Assembly (NCBI RefSeq): GCF_006345805.1
Contig: NW_021835160.1
Coordinates: 1-54,425 of the forward strand
DNA length: 54,425 nt
From: Octopus sinensis
Taxonomy: Eukaryota
Direction of reading: 5' to 3'
In this document: piece by piece, positions 11,804 through 24,445 of the stretch
Layout: each line of letters opens with the position of its first letter
Position numbering within the stretch: position 1 is the stretch's first letter
Program-made: the position numbers and the translations under genes
Notes under the pieces: generated by a model
The model's database searches: none
What the model was told of the DNA's origin: nothing
Seen by the model: only the letters and a program-made list of their open reading frames with translations

Positions 11804-12877
11804 GCTGTAGGAAGTTTTCAACAATGCCCTAGCATGATGCGTGTGTGTGTTTTGTCTGTGTGGTTTAGGCACTTCACTTTGCCGGCACTTGTACTGTTGG
11901 TGTTGTTGTGTGATTGCACTTTGATCTGTGTGGCGAACAAAGGTGTTTGTTTTATAATGTTGATAGAGTGGTTTGCGATTTGACAAACAGTCGTCGTACA
12001 CACTGTGCTGTACATGGCGACTGTTCTCTCTGTCAGTATAAATATCTTCTTTACTATCAAACCCGACGCTGCCCGTATAAATATCACTGTCAGTAGCTGT
12101 AGTAGTGCTGCTAATGCTGCCCATATAAATACTGCTGCCTCCACTGTTGCTAACGTCGACGCTACTTGTCCTGTGTACACTGCTATCTGTATTGTTGCTA
12201 ACACTGCCCGTATAAATAGTATCACTGTCTGTGTTGCTAACACCGCTTACATAAATACTCTTACCACCACCTCCGCTACTGTCACGCGGAAAATCCATCC
12301 CGCTCGAACAACAGCTGACCCCCATACAATGCCTAATGCCTACCCTACACGTTCTCTCACCGCTCGTGCTACTGCATCTGGCCGTGTAAGCATCACAGTT
12401 GCACTTTCGAACACCGGCTGTATAAGAACTGACAGCGACACAATTGCCAGCTGTGTTGTCTACGGGAAACGGAGCGGGTTCGAGCCTGCTCCACGACACA
12501 TCGTCGGGGTGCGCTTCTTTGCGACGTTTACCAGACGAACAGATCATTTGTTCGAACGTCGACGTTGACGTCAAACGCGGCGTCGCTAGTAACGCCGATG
12601 ACGTAAGTAAATCCAACGGTTGAGCGGTGACGTCGGTGACTGTAGAGGTGTTTGTGGTAGTGTTGTTGGTGATGTTAGTGGTGGTGGCAGCGTTACGTCC
12701 GAACGTCGTAATGGCTGCCGTCGCCGTAGCAGACGTTGGTTTTAGCGTTGACGTTGACTTAGACATCGACGTAACGTCAATAGCACTGTCCGTGGTCATG
12801 GTGGTCGTGGTGACAAGTCCTACTGGTTTCAGTAACGCAGGCATTGAGTAACGGTCACCGTTTTTTGTCAGACGCAT
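11804..12877 (-). other. Stop-free in-frame 358-codon Thr/Ser-rich region upstream of the LRR-Ig signal peptide (N-terminal extension, 5' UTR or intron)
   Basis: Continuous with the LRR-Ig frame in the ORF track. Low-complexity Thr runs, a Cys-rich patch and IY(T/V/M)(G/S)S repeats; no recognisable domain. Confidence 0.4.
12480..12860. promoter_or_regulatory. CpG-dense island with CRE-like sites (TGACGTCA at 12566-12573)
   Basis: High density of CG/ACGT in an otherwise CpG-poor window; CRE palindrome plus TGACGT half-sites at 12599, 12628 and 12749. Function inferred. Confidence 0.35.
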
Positions 12878-13774
12878 TATATACAGTATACATTACATGA
12901 AAACACCTACATGGCGATATATACACACATGTGGTGATGTAGTATGCGGGCGTGTTTGCGTGTGAAATTGTTTGTGTATGTGTGTATATGTGTGAGCGTG
13001 TGTGTGCAGTGATGCTACGACACAGATGTATAAACAGAAACAAAAGCTTAGTCAAGTTAAAAAGCTAACACTATCAAACTGCCGTCTTCGGCAGAAGTAA
13101 AGGGTAGGAGCAATTGATCTCACCGGAAAGAAGTTTGTGCACTTTTAGTAAAACACTTTCTGCGTGTAAATACGAGTGATAAGCGTATGTAAATGTCTGT
13201 CCTTATAGGAGTTTGTAATCAGGAAGCACACACGTGTGCATATAGGTATATACATATATAAATATATATGTGTCTGTGTGTGTGTGCGTGTGAGTGAGTG
13301 TACGTGTGAGTGAGTGTATATCTACATGTGATACGCCTTGTGTATTTTGTGTCTAAATGTTTATGTCTAAGTTATGTGCTATGATTTGCGAGGTGAAAAG
13401 TGGAATTGCAATGGGACAAGAAAGTGGATTGGGATGGCGTCGAGGTAGCTGTATTTGCGGCGGGTAGGGGTTTTGTTTCATGCCCTTATAACCCCAGCAA
13501 TCAAACAACAAATTCCCTCCAACTACACTTTTCAAGTACCTCCACAACCTTTTCTTAGTTCTCTAATTCCCGGGACACAAACGCAAATTTATATAAATAT
13601 TTATTATATATATATGTATATATAAATATATATTATATATATATATAATATAAATATAATATAAATATATATATGTATATATATATTACTATCCTATCTG
13701 TATATGTGTGTATGTATGCATGTGCGTGTGTCTATGAGTGTGTATGTATGCGTGCGCGTGTGTGTGTATGTGGA

Positions 13775-13868
<94 letters not shown>

Positions 13869-14444
13869 GTGTATGCGCGCAGGCCTTGCCTTGGTGACGA
13901 GAAGCGAATTACGGCTGCTGGTAAACTGTATTGCTAGTTCCAGCTGCTGCCGTTGCTGCCGCTGCTCCTGCAGCTACTACTACTACTACTACTGCTACTG
14001 CTGCTACCACAACTACTACTACAGCTGCTACTGCTGCTGCTGCTGCTGAAACTATTTGCTGTAGCTGATATTGTTTGTGTTTTATAACTGTGGTTGTTGA
14101 TGTTATTTCTGTTATTGTTGTTGTTGTTGTTGTTGCTGCTGCTGCTGCTGTGACTACCACTGCTGCTGCTGCTGCTGCTGCTCTTGCAATATAGAGTACT
14201 GCTACTTAAAAGTGCTACACTTTCCTATCTCACTCTCTCTCTCTCCCTCTTTCTCTCTCCACTCTTTCTACCTCTCTCCTGTGTGGGTGTGTCTGTGTAT
14301 GTGTACGCGTGTGTATATATGTCTCTGCGTGTGCGTGTGCGTGTGTATATATGTCTGATTTCTATTTATGTATATATCTGTTTCGATGGTAACGTTGTCA
14401 GTATTAGATTTTATTGTTGTTGTTGTTGTTAGCGATGGTGGCGA

Positions 14445-14496
<52 letters not shown>

Positions 14497-14754
14497 GTTA
14501 TTATTATTATTATTCCTTTTAATGATAATGATATAAAACAACAGTGGCAGCAGCGGCGGGGCGGGGTGGGATTAGAGTGTAGTACAGATGCAACAACAAT
14601 AACAAAGAAAAAAAAGCAATAATAAATTAGTTTTGGGTGTGTGTGTGTGTGTTGCGAAAAATCGTAAGCAAAGATATGTAAGATAGATCGTTAAGATATG
14701 TAACAAAAAAAAATGTTATTGTATTGAGTAAGGATAAAACAATTCAAGAAAAAC

Positions 14755-14848
<94 letters not shown>

Positions 14849-14872
14849 ATGGATGGATAGATGGATAGATGA

Positions 14873-14954
<82 letters not shown>

Positions 14955-14955
14955 G
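14755..14955. repeat. (GATA)n array; similar arrays at ~6215-6455, 18870-18955, 20780-21045, 42838-43198, 49389-49548, 50690-51348 and 52508-52895
   Basis: Read directly from the sequence. Confidence 0.95.
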
Positions 14956-16105
14956 CTTCCAAGAAGGGTAGAACAGCTAAAAGAACTAGTAGAGAACGAA
15001 AGTGCGGCTGTGATGGGAGTTTCTTTGGAGAGATTGAGCTGGGGAAGTGACAGCGAGGTGGATTTAAATATCTTAAATAGTACAGCAAATAATAATTCCA
15101 ATTTTTTTTTTAAAAACTCTATTACGGATTTATAACAATGATGGCTAATTATAACGCTGTTATTTGAAAGGGAATAAGCAAACTGTAATTGGATTTGAAC
15201 GACCGATGCTATAACTATTTATGAAAAATGATAGGAAATTGTGGCCCACGGCTTGGAATTCCTAACTGGATCGCGAATATTGTATAATTGTAATAGTATT
15301 AATAATAGTAATAATAATAAGAGTAGTAGTACTTGCAGTGTTTAGTAATATTAAGTTTTATACTAGTCTTTTTTTTTATTGTTTATTATTTCGCTTGTTT
15401 TTTGGGGTTTTTTCTTGTGTGTTATCGGGCCTTTTCACTTGGGCAACGCGAAAGAGAGAGCACCTGCTTTGCAAGCAATTAGTAACATGCTTCGAAAATA
15501 AGAATGTCAATCATGATGATGATGATGATGATGATGATGGTGATGTCTGTCCCTTAACGTTTACCTTCTTCTCCTGTCCCTCCTCCTCTTCTTTCTCCTT
15601 CTTCTCTATTTCTTCAACTCACACCACCACCACCAACACCACCACCACTACCTCCTCCAGTTTCTGCTCGCACTTCTCGCCGCCACCGGCCGCCGTAGAG
15701 TTTAGCAGTTTCTTGTCGTCTCCATGGGACCATAACGGAGGAGCGTATAGAGTGAGAGGGAGAGATAGAGAGAGTTTGTGTGCGTGTGTGTGCGTATGTA
15801 TGCGAGTGTGAGTGTGTGTGTGAGTGAGTGAGCGAGTAAGGGAGGGAAGAAACGACTAAATTAAGAAGAGATTTATATAGAAATAAAGAGGGCTGGTAAA
15901 CGTAGATAGACAGATAAATAGATGGAGTGAGTGAGTGAGAGAGGGAGACAGAGACCGAGTGAGTGTATATGAGGGATTGAGTGAGTGTTACTGAGTGGCA
16001 ACAATGAGTATGAGTGAAGGTTTATATTGAAACTAACACTTCGTATAAGTCTTACCGTCACCTTGCAAAAATAAGTGACAGTGTTGTTTTAAGTGTTTCA
16101 ATGTG

Positions 16106-16156
<51 letters not shown>

Positions 16157-16704
16157 GGTTTGCAATGTTACATCATCAAAAGCTGAGTCTTTGGGGATGA
16201 GTTTGTGTCACATCTTTTGCCTCAGTACAAGAACAGATTATCTGATAAAATTATCCATCCACCTCATATCTTCTACATTTTTGTTTTTCTTTTTACGCAA
16301 GAATCTACGATCTTTTGCAGAAAATGGCAATGGTTAGGGGTCTAGAAGTAGTTTTTTCTTTTACTTCAATATGTGTGTGTGTATATATTTATGTATTTAT
16401 ATGTATGTGTGCATCATAGTTTTGTTCTCACAGTTTTCTCGTTAATGACCACGGCCACCTTAACTTAAGAAAACAATTTAAACCATTATAAACTATTACT
16501 GCTGGTAACAGTACTGTTAACTGTTATTACTATTTCTACTACTACTACTACTATTACTACAAACAACTACTGCTAGTGCAACTAATAATATTAATACTAC
16601 TGCTGTTGTTGATTACAATGATGAGGATGATGACTATAGCGATGCTAACGGCGTTGTTAGTGAGGTAACGTAATTTTGAAGAGCACGAATCCACAACGGC
16701 CGAC

Positions 16705-16718
16705 TGAAGAAGAAGAAG

Positions 16719-16787
<69 letters not shown>

Positions 16788-16812
16788 CAGCAGCAGCAGC
16801 AGTAGCAGTGGT
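16705..16812. repeat. Compound trinucleotide array (GAA)n(GTA)n(GCA)n
   Basis: Read directly from the sequence. Confidence 0.95.
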
Positions 16813-17134
16813 AGGAGTTGTGGAAATGTTACTGTTTGTGAGTGTATCTGTAGATAGATCTGTATGTTCCTAACTTCTATATATCTCTCTGTCTATCTCT
16901 CACAATCTTGTCTAGCTTTTTTTCTCTATACATTTATCTATCTATTGTAATCTAGACATATTTCTATCCAATATATCCATCTGTCTATCTATTTTTACCT
17001 GGACGTCTTATTTATTTACTCAACTATCGGTCCATATATCCGTTTGCCTCTATATTCGTCAGTCCGTGTACCTATCTGACAGCCAATGTGTCCTGTTTTC
17101 CTGTATAAATATATATGTATGTATATATTCATGC

Positions 17135-17195
<61 letters not shown>

Positions 17196-17340
17196 GATCG
17201 ATCTATCTGTCTTTCTATCTGTATATGTATTTACGTATGTATGTTTCTATCTATATGTGTGTATTACTATCTACCTGGTGGACTCTCAGTTTCTGTCTAT
17301 CGGACCGCCACTATAGTGCGTGTGTACGCTGTGTGCGTGA

Positions 17341-17378
<38 letters not shown>

Positions 17379-17988
17379 TTGTGTATGTGTGCGTTTGTTA
17401 GTGTGTGTGCGCCTGGTTGGTAATTCCTTCTCCTGTTCAAATCGGTCGATTAGAAAAGAGTTACTAGTTTCGTAAGCTGAAAAGAAATATATCAATCGCC
17501 TTACAGGAAACAAAACAATACCAGCTACTCTCTTGACTGCGTCTCCTCCTCCTCCTCTTCCTCCTCTTCCTCCTCTTCTTTCTGCTGTTTCCCCCCTCTC
17601 TCTCTCTCTCTCTTTACACCATACCCAGACACCTCACCTACTCGGAAGAAGTCAAACAATAAAACGAAATAAATTAGAATAAAATAAAGAAAAAATTAGA
17701 GAGAAAAAAAAATACCCCGCCCTAGTGGCTTGTATAGAGTTGTAAGGAAACGGCGATGGGTATGGAGGTAAGTAGAACAGGTTGGGTGGGAGTTCAAATG
17801 AGGAGGATTCCACTTTCTCTAGGGGAATGTAGAGCTTAACAACTCTCTTTTTTACAATCCGTAGATTATATTTAAATGGGATAATCCACGGTGAATATTC
17901 TTGTTTGTCCTCTTTTTTTTGTTTTCTTTTTCTATTTATCTAGATTTGTGTGTGTGTGTGTGCATGAACATACATACATACATCATGC

Positions 17989-18020
<32 letters not shown>

Positions 18021-18139
18021 CTATATATATATATATATATATATATACGCTTGTGTGTGTATGTGTGTTATGAACTGAAAGCGTGTGTGTGTTTGTTGTA
18101 ATCGTTTTGGGTTGTTGTAGCTTTTGCTTTTCTTAGTTC

Positions 18140-18194
<55 letters not shown>

Positions 18195-18379
18195 AGTCTT
18201 CGCAATTTATACTGATGTTGTTGTTATTGGAGTTGTTGTTTCCAACAATTTTTGTGTGTGTGCAATTACATGTATTACAAAATAAGGATAACTATGAAAC
18301 CTTTTAAACAATTAGGGTGTATATAAGTATATATTTATATACATATATGTGTTTGTATGTACGTTAGTATGATTGTTTG

Positions 18380-18414
<35 letters not shown>

Positions 18415-18749
18415 ACAAGTAGGTATTTAGATAGATTTATAAGTGTATGTATATATACATGTATTACAAAATAATTAAATACTTACACGCAGAAAATATC
18501 ACAATTTATATTTATATATATATATATTCCTTCCACGGTGGTAAAAAAACAAATTCAGAATATATGCACATGCTTAGGAGTGTGTGTAATACGGAGGTGT
18601 ATATATTTGTTTATATGTACAAGTAAACACATGAATGCGTGTATGAGAACAGGCTATATATGTATATATTTACGTATGTATATTTGTGGATGTATATTTT
18701 GTATATTACAAATAGATGTATATAAATAAATATATTTCTTTTAAAGTAT

Positions 18750-18822
18750 ATATGTATGTAAATAAAAATGTATGTAAATAAAAATGTATGTAAATAAAAA
18801 TGTGTGTAAATAAAAATGTGTA
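18750..18822. repeat. 16-bp tandem repeat TATGTAAATAAAAATG, about 4 copies
   Basis: Read directly from the sequence. Confidence 0.85.
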
Positions 18823-18873
18823 TATATGTATAAACAAATGCGTGTGAATGGGTTTAGTTATATATGAAGATGT

Positions 18874-18955
<82 letters not shown>

Positions 18956-19627
18956 TGAGTAGATATGATGCATAGAATGATATAGTGTTTTACGTAAGAG
19001 CCTTATTTTTTCTCGCTTTTTTTCTTTTATCTTCTTCCAGACTTTGGTACCAGAAAAAAAGCGCACAATGCAAAAATACGCAAAAAACGCAAATAATCCA
19101 ATTATCAAAAGATTATTTCCATTTATATCAACACTCCTTGACGATTCGTCATTTACCCAAGTTTCCCTCTTAGCTTGAAGGTTCACGACGACAAACAACC
19201 AAGTTGATGAAGATGAATTTTGTTAAAAATATTGATAATTAAAATAACAATACTTCTTTCTGTATACGATCGTTGCTGTTGTTGTTATTGTTATTGTTGT
19301 TGTTGTTGTTCTTGCTGAGGGGATAGTATTAATGTTTAGTATTATTAATACTATGGCAGTGGGGGCTTCGAATCACTCACTTCCATCTCTGTACTTCGTG
19401 CTAAGATTTTTAAATGACAATTGTGCACACGTTAGTTCTCTCCGCCGCGTCTGATAATACTCGCAGTGAACTTCTCGTAAAATGAGACACACATGTGCGC
19501 ACACACATACACACACTCTCACACACACACGCTCGCACACGCGTAAGCACACGCAAGCAGACAGACATAGACAGACACACGGATACAGTTTTATATATAT
19601 ATATAAAAAACATTACATATATATATA

Positions 19628-19730
<103 letters not shown>

Positions 19731-20060
19731 ATATATAAACACACACACCACACACCACTTAGAGAAAGAGACACATACAGACAAAGGCATTCACATACAG
19801 TCACACACACATGCACACGCACTCACACACACTCGCAGACTGTTCCCGAAGATAATATTTAGTTATATAATTTTATACAAAAACTATATATACATATACA
19901 TATATATATATGTGTATGTGTATGTATGTGTGTGTGTGCGTCTATGTATGTATACTTATATATATAAATATATACACACACGCACACACACGCAGACACA
20001 CATATACATACATATATATATAAATATTTATAAATATATATATTTATATATGTATGTATA

Positions 20061-20094
<34 letters not shown>

Positions 20095-20161
20095 AAGTAT
20101 CTACGAACATGCGGATATTCATTTAACATTTGTTTAGCAAGATATATATATAATTATATAT

Positions 20162-20196
<35 letters not shown>

Positions 20197-20275
20197 TCGT
20201 GCGTATGCGCGTGTGTGTTTCTGTGCATATTTCTTTGTGTGTGTGTGTATATAGATATACATACACACTCACACA

Positions 20276-20310
<35 letters not shown>

Positions 20311-20810
20311 TATATATACTCACATACTCACACACGGACACACACACACGCATACACACACACATACACACACACATACACACACATACACACACACACA
20401 CATAAATACATACATGCGCGCGTACACAGACACACACACACATAAGCAGTCTAGTTAATTCTTGTGCGAAATTTCTATGGAGGTCTGATAAGGTTCTTTT
20501 TATATATTATCTATGTCATTACACTCCATACACTCCCTACACTCCCTCTATCCCTCCCCCTACACTCTCTCCCAATCTAATTCCGAGTATCTTATCGTGT
20601 TATTAGTAATAATAATAATAATAATTACAATAGTTTTTGTTATCACCCCTGTAATTGTTGTTGTTGTTTGTGAATGCTACCGGTAAACATACATTGTGTG
20701 TGTGTGTGTGTGTGGTGTGTGTGAGTGTCTGTGTGTGTGTGAGCGAGTGTGTGTGTGCGTGAGTGTGTGTGTGTGTGTAAGGATAGATAGATAGATAGAT
20801 TTATATATAG

Positions 20811-20860
<50 letters not shown>

Positions 20861-20907
20861 TAGATAGATAGATATCTAGATAGATTTATATATATAGATA
20901 GATATAT

Positions 20908-20942
<35 letters not shown>

Positions 20943-20978
20943 TAGATAGAGAGATAGATAGAGAGATAGGTAGGTAGG

Positions 20979-21046
<68 letters not shown>

Positions 21047-21537
21047 GAAGAAAAAACACGGGACAAAGAGAAAGAGAGAGAGAGAGAGAGAAAAGCAAAA
21101 AAAATATGAATGTAAATATGACAACATGCTGTATGTATTTACAAGTATGTTTATATATATGTGTGTGTGTACGGTTATGTGTGTGTGTGTATATGCGTGT
21201 GTGTGTATATGCGTGTGTGTGTGTGTGCGTATTGGTGTTCGCAGTTTCGAACCTGGTTGGTTTTTGCTTACTTCCTTCTCTTTTCTCTCTTTCTCTTTCG
21301 TTTTTTTCTTTCTATCCTAAGTTCAGTTATAAAAGTCTCATACATAAAAAAACAACAAATATTGACTTGCTAAAGGATTCAATACATGTGCAGAATTTAT
21401 AATATACATATATACATGAGCGTGTGCCTCTGTGTGTGCGTGTGTGTCGTGTGTGTGTTGTGTGTTGTGTGTGTGTGTGTGTAAACTCCTGCTGTTGTTA
21501 TTTTTATTGTTGTTAAAGTTTTTTAAACACAATTCAG

Positions 21538-21845
21538 GATGATGATGATGACGATGATAACGATGATGGTGATGGTGGTGATGGGAGTGGTGGTGGTGGT
21601 GGTGGTGGTGATGGTGGTGGTGGTGGTGGTGGTGGTGGTGGTGGTGGTGTTGCTGATGCTAATGATGATGACGATGGTGGTAGTGGTGCTGGTGTTGATG
21701 ATTTATAACAATATGGCATCACACACACACATCGTTGCCACCTACCACCATCACCGTCATCATCTTCACGATCATCATCATCATCATCATCATCCTCAGC
21801 ACCATCGGAGGCAACACCAGCAGCAACAGCAGCAGTAGCAGCGGC
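21538..21845. repeat. Compound GAT/GGT/CAT/CAG trinucleotide array
   Basis: Read directly from the sequence. Confidence 0.9.
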
Positions 21846-22009
21846 GGAGTTACCACGATGCTTTTTTTCCCATGTCTAACCGTCTATTCTTAACAACAGT
21901 CTGTAAAGCTTGTTGATGGAGGAAACTGTGGGAAAACGAGACGAAGGGCAGACGAGGTTCTATTTGCCTTCCTCTCTCTCTCTTTCCCCCCTCTCTCTCT
22001 CTCTCTCTT

Positions 22010-22051
<42 letters not shown>

Positions 22052-22263
22052 TCTGAAGCACACACACAGACATTTATACATACAAGAGGAGCACACGAAC
22101 ACACACAAATAAACTTTTACAGTGAACCACTAACACAAACACGCACCACGCACACATACACAAATACATATACAAAACATCAATATACACAAACACACAC
22201 ACACACACACACACACACTCATGGTATTGAGAGCTCTTTATTCCGACAGCCAATGCTAAACCA

Positions 22264-22302
<39 letters not shown>

Positions 22303-22492
22303 TATATTTATACATATATATATTTTTATATTTATATACATACATATATATGTGTATGTATATGCATTCTCTAGATGCATGTGTGTATGAATACAAAGTA
22401 CGTATGTATATATACTTGCATACGTATATAAATATATATATGTATATGTATGTATGTATGTATATGTGTGTGTGCCCTGGTGTGGGTGTGTA

Positions 22493-22523
<31 letters not shown>

Positions 22524-22544
22524 AAATATGTATATGTACGCATT

Positions 22545-22965
22545 GGCGCAGACGCGGCTGTGTGGTATGATGCTTGCTTCCTAACCACATGGTTCCGGGT
22601 TCAGTTCCACTGCGTAGCACCTTGGGGAAGTGTCTTCTATTATATATAGTCTCAGGCCGACCAAAGCCTTGTGAGTGGATTTGGTAGACGGAAACTGAAA
22701 GAAGCCTGTTGTATATATATATACATGTATGTGTGTGTGTGTATGTTTGTATATGTTTGTATCTTTGTGTTTGTCCCTCCCCCACCATCACTTGACAATC
22801 CATGTTGGTGTGTTCACGTCCCCGTAACTTAGCGTCTCAGCAAATTCGACCAATAGAATAAGTACTAGGCTTACAAAGAATAAGTCCTGGGTTAAATTTT
22901 TTCAAAGGCGTTGCTCCAGCATGGCCCCAGTCAAATGACTGAAACAATTAAAAAAATAAAAGAAT
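22545..22965 (+). mobile_element. SINE family A, near full length
   Basis: tRNA-like head GGCGCAG..GGTTCAGTTCC, central block, tail CAGTCAAATGACTGAAAC. Confidence 0.9.
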
Positions 22966-23094
22966 ACATACACACATACGTATGGTGTCAATTTTTCAGG
23001 CGTTTTTTTTTTTAGAACGGAGTGCCGACTTTTATTTATATTTTTTTTATTCTTTTACGTATTTCTGTCATTATGGCCATGCTAGAAAGTAAAC

Positions 23095-23340
23095 CCTTCA
23101 GGGACTCCATTCGATTACTTGTTTCACTCTTTAGACTGCGTCCATGCTGGGGCACCACTTCGGAGAATCTCTAGTCGAATGAATCAACTCCATTACTTTC
23201 TACTTTTTGTAAAGCCAATACTTATATATTCTATAGGTCTCTTTTGCCGAACCACTAAGTAACAGGGGTGTAAACACACCAACATCGATTGTCAAACGGT
23301 GATTGCGAGACACAGACACAAAGGCACACAAACACACAAG
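23095..23340 (-). mobile_element. SINE family A 3' fragment
   Basis: CCATGCTGGGGCACC and CTCTTTTGCCGAACCACTAAGT match the reverse complement of the family A tail. Confidence 0.7.
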
Positions 23341-23719
23341 CGCGTGCATGTGTGTGTGTGTGTGTAGTGGATCTTGTATGCATGAAGTGGATTCGATCAA
23401 CCCACGGTGGCACAATGGTTTTTCTCTGACAGCAGTTTTACATTTTCCAGATGCCTTTAGCTAGGCCGAAATAATGTTTTTCACCACTTGACCCTTTCTA
23501 ACCTCTTCTACTTCACCAAAAGCTAGAATAGAGATAACAAGACCACCAACTAAATCTATAGTACTCAATGATATGTCTATCCTTCTGATAATTATAAAAG
23601 CAAGCACACCCCAAGCAAAAATCAGTTAGTCACAGTCGGTGACGACTCAACGTGTTAGTCACTTCGATGACAACAAAGTCTGACCGACCAACCTTGGTCA
23701 GAGGGAGAAATGAAGTTTA

Positions 23720-24240
23720 CTGTTAGCAACTGTGAGACAACGTCCCACAACCCTACAACTTTCACTAGCTCTAATTCTGTTCTCTTACAACATCATTCTA
23801 TCTCTCTCTGCAATTACTACTAAACAATGAAGAGAACACAAACACAAACTTTACTTTGCATGCTTTTGGATTGATCATAACCTGCCCGTCGAGGCAAGGT
23901 ATTTTTAACGTAATGGTAAATATATATTTCCTTAAAACTTCATGCATTGTCCATCTTTCACATTCTACAGTAAGCAATTATAACAGCTTTTTATCGTCAC
24001 AACTGCTGACTCCGACATCTCATAATGATGTTTACTAATAAACCTCTCCCGCTCTGTCTTCCCTTCTCTGGATCTTTCCTTCTCCTATGTTTCCGACGAA
24101 GAGCTCCGCTCGAAACGTTAAACCCTCCTTCTTTCCTTCCTTCCTGAGCGTCCAATAATACTATATTTGTTCCACGTCCTCGCGTTGTGTTTTTTTGTGC
24201 TTTCTTGTTTGGATTAACTATATATATATATATATTACGG
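23720..24240 (+). mobile_element. Probable PLE pseudo-LTR remnant ending in (TA)n
   Basis: CT-rich stretch, hammerhead motif, then TTCCTGAGCGTC..T-rich..AACTATATATA. The same layout occurs at 42150-42290 on the minus strand. Confidence 0.5.
24089..24123 (+). ncRNA. Minimal type I hammerhead ribozyme motif (PLE type), U4C core variant
   Basis: Stem I GTTT/AAAC; core CCGACGA plus extra A; stem II GAGC-TCC-GCTC; GAA; palindromic stem III ACGT; GUU cleavage triplet (cut after 24119). Confidence 0.6.
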
Positions 24241-24375
24241 AGATGTACTCGCATAGCAAGTAATTTGATCTGAGATCGTGTGCTGAAACGAAAACAATTG
24301 CAGCGTGGAAGGTGTTTATAAGCCATTTAAGAAACACACAAAAGCCGTTCGATTCACTTCAACATTTAAGTTTAA

Positions 24376-24425
24376 TTTGTCAAAATATTTTCGTCGCTAA
24401 AATCCGCGACCTGTTCACTGACAAA
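24376..24425 (-). ncRNA. Mirror copy of the G3:C8 hammerhead candidate on the minus strand
   Basis: Exact reverse complement of 24446-24495 within the palindrome. Confidence 0.55.
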
Positions 24426-24445
24426 GTCCGTGCTGCAACACGGAC

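Noticed and set aside
12030-12270. ITIM/ITSM immune signalling motifs
   Set aside because: The spacing is YxxxV/I rather than YxxV/I/L, and the topology is unknown.
12005-12568. 187-aa antisense ORF as an overlapping gene
   Set aside because: No domain; explained by the repeat composition of the sense ORF. Cannot be fully excluded.
21539-21838. Poly-Val/His/Gln ORF resembling a transcription-factor low-complexity region
   Set aside because: Pure trinucleotide arrays with no adjacent domain or convincing splice context.
22545-22620. tRNA genes at SINE heads (also ~24630, ~26590, ~32705, ~37660)
   Set aside because: A/B boxes are present but no complete cloverleaf was found; each continues into a SINE body.
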